Shown here: piece by piece, positions 10,365 through 19,529 of the stretch | Numbering within the stretch: the stretch's first letter is position 1 | Layout: the number at the start of each line of letters is the position of its first letter | Virus record (IMG/VR): IMGVR_UViG_3300030059_002966 | Location: 1 to 63,647 of that record | Direction: 5' to 3' (one strand) | Source: a virus | Lineage: Duplodnaviria > Caudoviricetes | DNA length: 63,647 nucleotides | Notes under the pieces: generated by a model | Databases searched by the model: none | What the model was told of the DNA's origin: nothing | Seen by the model: only the letters and a program-made list of their open reading frames with translations | Translations under genes and position numbers: made by a program

Positions 10365-10550
10365 ATGGCTTACAAAATGAAAGGACTGTCAGGCTTTGGA
10401 CCAACAAAACCTAAAAGCGTAGTTGCAGCGAAGAAGAAGAAAATAAAAAAAGATCCAACGTTTGAGTATGGCTATGAAGAGTCTGAAAAAATAATGAAGC
10501 TCAGAAGAAAAGGTTTAATACCTGGATCTCAAAAGTTTGGTAAAAAATAA
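10365..10550 (+). CDS. Small Lys-rich protein with MAYKMK leader
   Basis: MAYKMKG start matches the MAFKMK family; start moved from 10344. Confidence 0.65.
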   Translation: MAYKMKGLSGFGPTKPKSVVAAKKKKIKKDPTFEYGYEESEKIMKLRRKGLIPGSQKFGKK

Positions 10551-10551
10551 T

Positions 10552-12363
10552 ATGAAGTACTTATTCACACTATTACTACTAGTAAATATAGCCTTTGCTC
10601 AGTGTCCTAACGGAACTTACGTAAACATAATTATTAACCCGGACCAATACCCAATTGAAACATCTTGGGCTATAATTGATTACTTTGAAGATACTATTGC
10701 TACAGGTGGTCCTTACGACGATATAGTTGGATACGAGCCGCAGCTAATGCAAGTATGTATACCTAATGGTGATTACTTGTTTAATATATCCGATCAATAT
10801 GGTGATGGTGTTGCTGGTAGTTTATGGGGTGGACAAGATGGATCTTACTATGTAGTGCATTGTGGTGATACTATAGTGCAACCAGACTCTGCTAACTTTG
10901 GCTTCGCTGCTTTTCATGGGTTTACACTAGATGATTGTGCTCCGGCACCGCCATTGTATGGTTGCATGGATGATAACTACATAGAATTTTTACCTGTAGC
11001 TACTGTTGATACAGGTATGTGTTTCATTGAGAAAGCATTTGGCTGTACAGAAGAAGACGCGTTTAACTATGATGAGTATGCTAACACTGATATTACAGTT
11101 GATAGCTGCTTACACACGCTAGAACTTACAGATTTAGCTGGTAACGGCTGGGCTGGAGCTTACGTACAGGTTATACAAGGTTATAATTCTTTAGGTGTAT
11201 TTACACTAGAGGATGGCTTTGATACTACGTTTACATTTAGCTTAGATATATCGCAAATAGTAGAGGTTATATTCTTTACAACACAACAATCACAGTTTAC
11301 TTCAGTACAGTGTGGTTACAATTTGTATTCAGAAGAGCACGTTACTATAAGCGAACCAGGAGGATTTGCTAATCCACTTATACCTTTTCAACCAATGCTT
11401 GGTATGCCTTATTGTGGTAATAGTTGCATAGATAAAATATATGGCTGTACAGATGATACAGCTTTAAATTACAACGAGAGTGTGAATACAGATGACGAGA
11501 GTTGCTACTACGTTTCTGGGTGTACTAATCCAATATACCTAGAGTATAACGCAGACGCTGACTTTGATAACGGAACCTGTGAGACGCTCGTGGTTCTAGG
11601 TTGCATGGATGAAGCGGCCTTGAATTATAACCCTGAAGCAAACACAGAGTTAGATGGCTCTTGCGTTGATGTAGTTTTGGGATGTATGAGTGAATTAGCG
11701 TTTAACTTTAATCCTAACGCAAACGTAGATGACAACTCGTGTATAGCATACTCGTATGGTTGCACTGATCCATTTGCCTTTAACTATGATTCAATTGCCA
11801 ACACCGATGATGGTGGTTGCATAGAAGTAATTAACGGCTGTACTGATACTACGGCACTAAACTATAATGTAGTTGCAAACACTGATAATGGTTCTTGTAT
11901 TTATCCATTGCCTGGTTGTACTGACCCGACCGCTGAGAATTATAATATATCGGCTAACGTGCCAGACTCTAGTTGTTACTATTCTGCTGGTTGCTACGTT
12001 GGTGATATATACTACATTCCTAATGAGTGTTTTAGCTGGGTGATTGAAGTTGATCCTCTTTGCTGTAACAACGATTGGGATAACACGTGTCAAGAATTGT
12101 ACACATACTGCCAGGACGGTTGGACAGGGCCAACAGACATTACAGAGTTTAGAAATAGTTTAGTTATATATCCTAATCCTACAAGTGATTATATAAACAT
12201 AAGTAAAAAAGTTGACGCTAGAGTATTTAACTCTATTGGCAAGCTTATCTTATCTAAAAAACATATAGACGTCTTAGATGTCTCTAGATTAAGCAAGGGA
12301 ATATACTACATTGTATTTGATTACAACAAAATAAAGATTAATAAAAAAATTATAAAACAATAG
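10552..12363 (+). CDS. T9SS (Por) type-A CTD cargo protein with Cys-rich GCTD repeats
   Basis: Signal peptide ..IAFA|Q; 9 repeats of GC(T/M)DxxAxNYxxxANxDxGSC; C-terminal IYPNP..FNSIGK..LSKGIYY..KKIIK. Confidence 0.85.
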   Translation: MKYLFTLLLLVNIAFAQCPNGTYVNIIINPDQYPIETSWAIIDYFEDTIATGGPYDDIVGYEPQLMQVCIPNGDYLFNISDQYGDGVAGSLWGGQDGSYYVVHCGDTIVQPDSANFGFAAFHGFTLDDCAPAPPLYGCMDDNYIEFLPVATVDTGMCFIEKAFGCTEEDAFNYDEYANTDITVDSCLHTLELTDLAGNGWAGAYVQVIQGYNSLGVFTLEDGFDTTFTFSLDISQIVEVIFFTTQQSQFTSVQCGYNLYSEEHVTISEPGGFANPLIPFQPMLGMPYCGNSCIDKIYGCTDDTALNYNESVNTDDESCYYVSGCTNPIYLEYNADADFDNGTCETLVVLGCMDEAALNYNPEANTELDGSCVDVVLGCMSELAFNFNPNANVDDNSCIAYSYGCTDPFAFNYDSIANTDDGGCIEVINGCTDTTALNYNVVANTDNGSCIYPLPGCTDPTAENYNISANVPDSSCYYSAGCYVGDIYYIPNECFSWVIEVDPLCCNNDWDNTCQELYTYCQDGWTGPTDITEFRNSLVIYPNPTSDYINISKKVDARVFNSIGKLILSKKHIDVLDVSRLSKGIYYIVFDYNKIKINKKIIKQ

Positions 12364-12367
12364 CAAA

Positions 12368-13234
12368 ATGGCAACAGTAACACCAACATTAACTTTATCT
12401 AGCAGCGATCTACTAACGGACGCGCTAAGCTTAACTACTACTACTAGCATTACAGCTGCTAATACTAGTGGACTAAGAAGAGACACTATAACATCTGTGT
12501 CTAGAACAAATAGAATATCATGTGTAGATGGTGACTTAGATGTACCAGCTGCTTTAGCTACTCAAGGTCAGTTTATAGACATAACAGACAATCATGGTCT
12601 TAACAGAAGATATGTTTTTATAGACGGAACAAACTCATCCGTAGCAACTGGATCTATTATTGCAACAGGAACAGACATTGGATCTGATACTCCTGCTAAC
12701 TTAGGTTTACTTGAGTTGGTTGGTGGTATAGCTCTTGACGTTACAGATGGTATGCAACAAAGAGATTTTATAGCAGAGCTTAGGACTGGCATAAACCATG
12801 CTAATGGGCACAACGGATCTATAACTGCAGCGGCTGTAGCTTCAGAAGCAGACGGACCACAATCAACAACTCTTACAAACCCAACATCAGGTGAATCTGC
12901 AGCTTTTTTAGTAGACGCTGCTAACTCTACGCTTAGCTTTCTAGACAATACAAAAGATGCCGCAGCAACTAACAGCTCCGCTGATCATCCAATAATTGTT
13001 TCTAAAAGTACGTTTACTTCTCCTGCTTTTGTTTACTTAAAAAATACAGCAACTTTTAACTCTTCAACTGGTAGATTATTTTTCTACTACGATAACCATG
13101 CCGCTGAAGAAATTTTAGAGCTTAGAGGTGGTGAATTTGCTTTTATTCCACTTAACGTACAGAATAACCTTAGAGTATACACTTCTACTTCTGGAACTGT
13201 TGTAGAATCTATGGTATTTGGTACTAACTCTTAA
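12368..13234 (+). CDS. Putative virion structural protein
   Basis: Thr/Ser/Ala-rich, beta-strand-like, in the late arm. Confidence 0.5.
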   Translation: MATVTPTLTLSSSDLLTDALSLTTTTSITAANTSGLRRDTITSVSRTNRISCVDGDLDVPAALATQGQFIDITDNHGLNRRYVFIDGTNSSVATGSIIATGTDIGSDTPANLGLLELVGGIALDVTDGMQQRDFIAELRTGINHANGHNGSITAAAVASEADGPQSTTLTNPTSGESAAFLVDAANSTLSFLDNTKDAAATNSSADHPIIVSKSTFTSPAFVYLKNTATFNSSTGRLFFYYDNHAAEEILELRGGEFAFIPLNVQNNLRVYTSTSGTVVESMVFGTNS

Positions 13235-13236
13235 TT

Positions 13237-13704
13237 ATGAAGTTAGAAGTAGTAAGGTTTAGCTCTCAAGTGGACTCAACATCAGGCTTGCTCTTTGAGG
13301 TAACAGATATTAGAAAACACTTTTTGTGTTATACTCTTGAAGATGAGCGTCGAGCTTTTAAGGTTAAAGGTGAAACTAGAGTTCCAGCTGGCACTTACAA
13401 GATAGACTTAAGAACCGAGGGAGGATTTCACTCTAGGTATGACAGAAAATATCCTGGTGTACACATTGGTATGCTACATGTTCTTGACGTACCAAACTTT
13501 GAGTATATATTAATACACACCGGTAACACAGATGAGCACACCGCTGGTTGCTTGATAGTTGGTGACGCACAAGAAAACAATAGGATACTATCAGACGGTT
13601 TTGTGGGTAAGTCTGTAAACGCTTATAAAAGAATATATCCTAGTATTGCTAAAGCAATTCAACAAGGAGAAGAAGTAACAATAACATACATAGACTACGA
13701 CTAA
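13237..13704 (+). CDS. DUF5675-like putative endolysin (L,D-transpeptidase-like fold)
   Basis: CYTLED, VPAGTY, ILIHTGNT..HTAGCLIVG motifs. Confidence 0.7.
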   Translation: MKLEVVRFSSQVDSTSGLLFEVTDIRKHFLCYTLEDERRAFKVKGETRVPAGTYKIDLRTEGGFHSRYDRKYPGVHIGMLHVLDVPNFEYILIHTGNTDEHTAGCLIVGDAQENNRILSDGFVGKSVNAYKRIYPSIAKAIQQGEEVTITYIDYD

Positions 13705-14204
13705 TGGGAACTTTAACGCTTAGCATAACAGAGAACATAAACTTAACCAACGGAGGTTATGAGTACAACTATACTACTGCTGGAACTTCTGATGACTTAA
13801 ACATCGCTGATGTTGATGCGTACACTGCTACAACACTAAGCATACCTACTGCGTTTACTCAGGTTGCTAAATTTTCTTCTGGAGCTACTGTTGGTATGGG
13901 CCTTTATGATTCCGCAAAGTTTAAGTACATGAGGTTTATGAACACTGACTCTACTAACTTTGTTACTCTTCAGTTAAGCGATGCAACTAACAATAAGCAG
14001 GTAAACTACAAAGTTTTAGCTGGACAATCAATGTATTTTACTAGCCTAGTGTTTGAGTGTAATAGTTCTACAACCGCAGCATCTCAAGACGTTGTTCAAG
14101 GAACATCTAACATTGCTGGTCTAACTGCTACAGCCGACGAAGTGCAACTTAAAGCTAACAGTTCTGCTTGTAATGTAGATATATTAATAGCTTATGATCT
14201 GTAG
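13704..14204 (+). CDS. Putative virion structural protein
   Basis: Late arm, beta-rich composition. Confidence 0.5.
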   Translation: MGTLTLSITENINLTNGGYEYNYTTAGTSDDLNIADVDAYTATTLSIPTAFTQVAKFSSGATVGMGLYDSAKFKYMRFMNTDSTNFVTLQLSDATNNKQVNYKVLAGQSMYFTSLVFECNSSTTAASQDVVQGTSNIAGLTATADEVQLKANSSACNVDILIAYDL

Positions 14205-15920
14205 ATGGCTAGAAGAAAACAAAAATCACCAGGGTTTCGATATGTAGGTAAAACTGTTGAAACAAGCCCTATTCGCTTTGATAATGATGTATTTATTGAA
14301 AAAGCCAAAGCTAGCGCTGCTGGAGGATTAACCACCTTAGCATTTGACTCTAGCGGAAAAGTAATAAAAGAACTTCAACCTAGAAGAATTAATAATCTAC
14401 CAGATACTAATGCGGCCTTTGTTGTCAGCGATTTTTTTCAATCAGGCATTAACTTAAACTTAGCGGAAGGTACAACGGGTGGCGTAACAGCTAATAGAAC
14501 GCACCAAATGCCTACTGCTACTGAGTTTGCCAACAATGCTTTGTCTGATATACTTACTAGCTTTGAATTTATTATAGTAAATCTAGACGACGAGTTTAAT
14601 GTTGAGCCAACCACTAACACGGGTTTAACTTTAATTGGATCAATGAGGGTTTCTCCTGGCACATCTGCAACTTTTACGTGTATTAGAACTTCCTCAAAGT
14701 CAGCAACAAACGCTGTTACTATTGTAAGAGCTGCAAGCGATGCTTTTAGTCCTGCTGATGGGGGAGATATAACTTCTGTTGTAGCTGGAACAAACTTAAC
14801 TGGTGGAGCTACTTCTGGAGCAGCTACTATAAATTTAGCTGACGCTAGCACTTCTGCAAAAGGAGCAGCAAGTTTTAGCTCTGATAATTTTGCCGCGTCT
14901 TCAGGTGCTATTACAATAAAAGACGGTGGTGTAGATTTAGCAGCTGAGGTTACTGGAGTTTTGCCTAGCGCCAATATGGACGGTGATACTGCTCACTTAA
15001 CTACAAATCAAACTTTCACTGGCACTAAAACTTTTGATGAAACAATATCTGGTAGTGTTGACGGTAACGCGGCCACAGTAACTACAAACGCAAATTTAAC
15101 AGGACACGTTACATCAAGTGGTAATGCCGCTGTATTAGGATCTTTTACTGTATCACAACTAAGCACAGCTATTTCTAATGCTACAATATCAGGCAGCAAT
15201 ACTGGTGATGAAACTAAATCTGATATAGATGCTTTGGCAATTACAACCGTAGGAACATTAGATACTGGTAATGCAACTGCAATTGTTAGTGCTGCATCAG
15301 CAACGGCTGCTGGTAAAGTAGAGCTAGCAACAACTGCTGAAGCTAATTCAGGGACTGATACAGCTAGAGCTATTACAGCAGCGGGTTTAAAGTCTCATGT
15401 TGATGCTAGATTTAGTTATCAAAACATAAGCTTCACTGGTCAATCAACTGTTCCCTCAGATGGTGATTGGATGACGGTGTCTGGTAATGGTATATCTAAT
15501 CACACGTGGAATACAAATTTAGGATCAGGAGGTACTTCTGTTGGAAGCACTACTGTAACAATACCAACAGGGCAAATATGCCAAGGCATTATAGTACCTT
15601 ATGACTGTGTTCTAGTAGGATTTGCTAGCTTAATTAGAAGCGTAGGTAATCATCAATCTAAAGTAGGCCTAGCGGTTGGAGTTCCAACTTACAATGATTT
15701 TGCAACGTTTGATTGCACGCTAAGAGCGTATAACGCTGCAGATGTTAGCGCTGGTCCAGATTCTAACTATAGTCAAAGACCGGTTAGAGCAGATTTTCTT
15801 ACTGCTAATTACGCTATGTCAGCTGGACATGTTATATTTCCTTTGATTGGAAGTGTAGCTAGTAACTCAAGATCAGTACAATGGAACTGTACTTTAGTTC
15901 TTAAAACATTAATACCATAA
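14205..15920 (+). CDS. Tail fibre / receptor-binding protein
   Basis: Gly/Ala/Thr-rich; fibre motifs GDITSVVAGTNLTGG and ASATAAGKVELATTAEANSGTDTARAIT. Confidence 0.7.
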   Translation: MARRKQKSPGFRYVGKTVETSPIRFDNDVFIEKAKASAAGGLTTLAFDSSGKVIKELQPRRINNLPDTNAAFVVSDFFQSGINLNLAEGTTGGVTANRTHQMPTATEFANNALSDILTSFEFIIVNLDDEFNVEPTTNTGLTLIGSMRVSPGTSATFTCIRTSSKSATNAVTIVRAASDAFSPADGGDITSVVAGTNLTGGATSGAATINLADASTSAKGAASFSSDNFAASSGAITIKDGGVDLAAEVTGVLPSANMDGDTAHLTTNQTFTGTKTFDETISGSVDGNAATVTTNANLTGHVTSSGNAAVLGSFTVSQLSTAISNATISGSNTGDETKSDIDALAITTVGTLDTGNATAIVSAASATAAGKVELATTAEANSGTDTARAITAAGLKSHVDARFSYQNISFTGQSTVPSDGDWMTVSGNGISNHTWNTNLGSGGTSVGSTTVTIPTGQICQGIIVPYDCVLVGFASLIRSVGNHQSKVGLAVGVPTYNDFATFDCTLRAYNAADVSAGPDSNYSQRPVRADFLTANYAMSAGHVIFPLIGSVASNSRSVQWNCTLVLKTLIP

Positions 15921-16072
15921 TGGCAGATATAAAAACAATGACACAAGAGTTGACTGACATGTCAGTTGACATAGAACAATCAATGCTTAGTGGTGACTAC
16001 GTTGAAGTTGTTGCTATATTAAAAAAAATAGTAGAAAAGCTAAACGAAGTGGTGGTTAAAGTTAATGAATAA
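15920..16072 (+). CDS. Small helical protein (50 aa), not in the ORF track
   Basis: MADIKTMTQEL..VKVNE*; TAATG overlap with the tail-fibre stop. Confidence 0.6.
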   Translation: MADIKTMTQELTDMSVDIEQSMLSGDYVEVVAILKKIVEKLNEVVVKVNE

Positions 16073-16122
16073 TTGACAATTTTTTAACATAAAAAAACAG
16101 CAACAGTAAATTTAAGGTAATT

Positions 16123-16494
16123 ATGGCAAAAATAAATACAATATCGCTAAGCGGAGATTCTTTTGTCGACATAGGAACAGATAACATAATAGGAATAATA
16201 GTGTCTAATACTGACAATGAAGATGTAACTATTGACCTTGTTATTGGTGGTAAAGTTTTGAACGGAACAACATCAACTACAGGGGCAATTTTTGTATTAA
16301 AAGATATACCAATTCCTATTGGTTCTTCTTTCGTTTGGGACGACGACAATATATTGAGTGGTATTTTTAGCAGCGGCTCAACAGTTTCAAACTTCAACAC
16401 CTTAAAAAGAAAGTTTGAAATATTAAGAAATAATACTTTCTTAATTAGAGCGGGTAGCGGTCACACCGCGGATGTTTTGCTTAAGAGAAAATAA
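16123..16494 (+). CDS. Hypothetical, probably structural protein
   Basis: Last substantial ORF of the late arm. Confidence 0.5.
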   Translation: MAKINTISLSGDSFVDIGTDNIIGIIVSNTDNEDVTIDLVIGGKVLNGTTSTTGAIFVLKDIPIPIGSSFVWDDDNILSGIFSSGSTVSNFNTLKRKFEILRNNTFLIRAGSGHTADVLLKRK

Positions 16495-16519
16495 CAATTT
16501 CTTAGCATTGCTTTCATAT

Positions 16520-16559
16520 AAAAAACGGTCCACAAGGTGATTATAACCCTATGGACCGT
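16520..16559 (-). terminator. Intrinsic terminator of the minus-strand arm
   Basis: ACGGTCCA..TGGACCGT stem whose extension has G-U pairs only on the minus strand, followed by T6; at the point where the arms converge. Confidence 0.75.
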
Positions 16560-16621
16560 AAAATTGATATAAGCAACTTGCTTTACGTAGCGATAATGAT
16601 TATCGTATACGTTATAGCTGT

Positions 16622-16813
16622 TTAAGCTGCTACAGTATTCTTCTTCTCTTGAACTTCAATTCTAACTTTTTGAGCTAGATCTTTGATAGCCTGCATGTTC
16701 TTACGAACTCTCGTACCAGCAGAAGAATTTCCATCTTCAAACTTTTCTAAATCGTTAATACCTTGTTCTAAGGCTACTAACATGTTGTTGTACATTCTCT
16801 GTAATTCTGTCAT
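16622..16813 (-). CDS. Histone H1-like (Hc1-family) nucleoid protein
   Basis: EKFEDGNSSAGTRVRK resembles the Bacteroidota Hc1-like motif GNxAAGTRARK. Confidence 0.65.
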   Translation of the reverse strand: MTELQRMYNNMLVALEQGINDLEKFEDGNSSAGTRVRKNMQAIKDLAQKVRIEVQEKKNTVAA

Positions 16814-16833
16814 AATAAATATATTAAATTAAA

Positions 16834-18687
16834 TTAAACTACTTCACAGTTACCACCAGCGCAAGCAAGCTCGCCTGATAGATCCGTGTTGTCATCTAGC
16901 TCAACTACTTTAGTTAAGTCTACATTAGATAACACTTTCGACATTTCATTAAACTTAGCTTCGTCAATGTCTTCAAACGGAGCCTGTGTGTATGTACCGC
17001 CGTTGTAAGGCAATACAGATAAACCATTGTAATGGTTTCTATTCTCCCACATCCATTTTCCAGCTTCATCCCACTCATCCTCTCGTAAGGAGATCGTAGC
17101 CGAAACATTATGGCTGTTTGAACCTGTTCTGTGACCTGACTTAACCCACTCAGTAGCTACACGTTTTACACGTTCAAGCGTATCAAATGGTGATTCAGTT
17201 CTCATAATAGATCCTTCAGGAGCTTTTTGAGGTACAGATATTACTGCTGTATCGTGAGGTCTGAAGAACTCGTCTTCTATTAGCTCAGGATGATTTACAG
17301 ACAAATAAGTATATATAGCCTCATTTTTTCCTACGCGCATCCTACGGACATAATAATCATTATGCCATGCATGAATACCCGATGACGTTCCTAGTACCAG
17401 AGATGTTGTCCCTGCAGGCTTAACGGTTGTAGATCGTGCTGATTTGTTTATGCCAATTAGCTTGGCAACTCTAGCGTTCTCTTTGTTAACTATTTTAGCC
17501 GCATCAGACATATCATATTTAAGCACAGCGCCTGAACCAATACCAGTCATTGACACTCCGATAAGAGCATCTCTTTCAGTTGTTTCCTTCCACACTTCGC
17601 GTAAGTAATGAAAGTCAGTGTAACCTGCTTGAAGCGTTCCTATAAACGCAGCGGCTTTCACCCTAGCATTAAAGTCATCTTGACTTTCTATATCTGAGAC
17701 ATTAACCTCACATAAGTTACAAAACTGAAAAGGTCTTAGTGCTATTTCACAGCAAGGATTTGTTCCCCAGTCTTTATCGTTGTTTAGATAAATACCAGGC
17801 TCACCAGCACCAGACAGTTCAACACGTTTCCACAGATTCATAAAAAAGTCTTCTGTAATTTTGTGTCGCATTAATACAGCAGAGTTGTTAGCTCTACCAC
17901 GCTGTGGGTTACTCTCCCACCAATCACCTGATTTACAGGAGATCATTTCATCATCAGCAGCGCTGAATAAACTAATTAAAGCCGCACGTCTTATACCGCC
18001 AGCAAGTACAGCATCAGCAATATGGCAGATAATATCGTGAACCTCAATAGAACTGAGAGTCGATCCGTCTTCTTTCGCATTTAAAATTCCTTCTAACTTC
18101 ATTAAACATTCCTTTAGCGGCTGAGGACCTGGAGCTTTACCACCAGATGTAACTAGCCTAGCGCCTTTTGGCCTAATATCAGTGTAGTCAAACAACACTT
18201 TAGACGTACGCTTGTTGCCAAGGTAAGACTTAACTAAAACCTTTACAGCATCTGACCAACCTTCAATTGAATCACCAATAACAAACCTTCTAGTTCGTTT
18301 ATCAAACGGCTTAGTTATGTTTGGTAGATCTTTAATGTGGTGTTGTTGTACTGAGTAACCTACTCCACAACCGGACAACAGCAAGAACATAATCTCTGAG
18401 AAACAATCAGGATGGTCAGCAGGCAGATATGAACAGTTATATAAGCGATTAGGAGATATTTCAATGGGCTTACCTGCAAACTGTAACGAACGCATGCTTG
18501 GTAAAATCTTTTTATTGTAGACATATTTATATGCTTCATCTATTTGGTCTATTAGTTCTGGGTATTTTTTTTTGTGCATTTTGATATTACGGTCTACAAG
18601 TTCAGACCAAGTCTCTCGGCGATTAAGCTCCGGGTTGTACTTGGCGTACTTCATGTGTACGGTAATATCTGAGAGGATGTTATTCAT
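16834..18687 (-). CDS. nrdJ: Class II (AdoCbl-dependent) ribonucleotide reductase
   Basis: TNPCCEI, CNL, TTVKPAGT, C-terminal CAGGNC; no beta-subunit gene. Confidence 0.88.
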   Translation of the reverse strand: MNNILSDITVHMKYAKYNPELNRRETWSELVDRNIKMHKKKYPELIDQIDEAYKYVYNKKILPSMRSLQFAGKPIEISPNRLYNCSYLPADHPDCFSEIMFLLLSGCGVGYSVQQHHIKDLPNITKPFDKRTRRFVIGDSIEGWSDAVKVLVKSYLGNKRTSKVLFDYTDIRPKGARLVTSGGKAPGPQPLKECLMKLEGILNAKEDGSTLSSIEVHDIICHIADAVLAGGIRRAALISLFSAADDEMISCKSGDWWESNPQRGRANNSAVLMRHKITEDFFMNLWKRVELSGAGEPGIYLNNDKDWGTNPCCEIALRPFQFCNLCEVNVSDIESQDDFNARVKAAAFIGTLQAGYTDFHYLREVWKETTERDALIGVSMTGIGSGAVLKYDMSDAAKIVNKENARVAKLIGINKSARSTTVKPAGTTSLVLGTSSGIHAWHNDYYVRRMRVGKNEAIYTYLSVNHPELIEDEFFRPHDTAVISVPQKAPEGSIMRTESPFDTLERVKRVATEWVKSGHRTGSNSHNVSATISLREDEWDEAGKWMWENRNHYNGLSVLPYNGGTYTQAPFEDIDEAKFNEMSKVLSNVDLTKVVELDDNTDLSGELACAGGNCEVV

Positions 18688-18694
18688 TTTTTTT

Positions 18695-18832
18695 TTAGTT
18701 TTTATAAATTGTTATACAAATGTCTATAAAACCAATGTAGATTACATGGTTATTTTTAAATTCTTCTTGGTACGTTCTAGCGCCAAATAATAGGCCTGGA
18801 ATAAATCCAAAGCTTAGTTCCCATTCATTCAT
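18695..18832 (-). CDS. Small hypothetical protein (45 aa), not in the ORF track
   Basis: MNEWELSFGFIPG..TIYKN* fills the gap between the endonuclease and nrdJ. Confidence 0.6.
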   Translation of the reverse strand: MNEWELSFGFIPGLLFGARTYQEEFKNNHVIYIGFIDICITIYKN

Positions 18833-18834
18833 AA

Positions 18835-19281
18835 TTATTTTTGTTTTAAAATTAATAATACTGTTTCTTCGCAGTCTTTTTGATTTTGAGGTTTATATAG
18901 AGTTACATGAGGTAAATTGTCTTTTACGTGTTTTTTAAACATTTTCCATCTCATTGGAAAACTTTCGTTTGCTCTACCTTTGCATTCAATAATAAATGTA
19001 TCAGCAACAAAGTCTGGAGTGTACTTTACGTTAAGTATTTTTTTATTACCCCTGTTTTTGTACTCACCTTTACCATTGCCTTGTTTTTCATAACAATCGT
19101 TAGCAAACTCAAAGCTCTCTTGCAATACGTATGTTTGTCCTTCGTAGTGAGATTGTATTTTAGCTTTTTTTAAGGCTAAATACATATACTTCTCTAAACC
19201 TGAAGCAAACTGAATACCATCACAGACAACTTTTTTAGCACGCACTGGACCACGTTTTCTAGACTTTTTCATCATCATCAA
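18835..19281 (-). CDS. T7 endonuclease I-like resolvase
   Basis: FASGLE..YTPDF..IIECKG. Confidence 0.8.
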   Translation of the reverse strand: MMMMKKSRKRGPVRAKKVVCDGIQFASGLEKYMYLALKKAKIQSHYEGQTYVLQESFEFANDCYEKQGNGKGEYKNRGNKKILNVKYTPDFVADTFIIECKGRANESFPMRWKMFKKHVKDNLPHVTLYKPQNQKDCEETVLLILKQK

Positions 19282-19528
19282 ACTTTTTGATTAAAGCTTC
19301 TTCAGATAAGTCTTGAAGCTCTTCGCGCGCAGCTTGTATGTATAGCACGGCATCCATAAGCTCTTCTTGTACATCGTTTAAGTAGCCTACTAAGTTTTTC
19401 ATTTTAGTAGTACGCTCACTATGTAGTGTTTGGCCATACTTTTCAAAGCCTATGTCAGATCGCTGAACAAACTTGTTTACAACATTTCTAACTACTGGAT
19501 CTCTAAATTCAATTGTTTGCTTTATCAT
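19259..19528 (-). CDS. Small all-alpha NTP-pyrophosphatase-like protein
   Basis: GFEKYG..QEELMDAVLY pattern; located in the nucleotide-metabolism cluster. Confidence 0.5.
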   Translation of the reverse strand: MIKQTIEFRDPVVRNVVNKFVQRSDIGFEKYGQTLHSERTTKMKNLVGYLNDVQEELMDAVLYIQAAREELQDLSEEALIKKFDDDEKV

Positions 19529-19529
19529 A

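Noticed and set aside
11440-11980. Tandem DNA repeat
   Set aside because: The repetition is at the protein level (GCTD repeats) with divergent codons; covered under the CDS.
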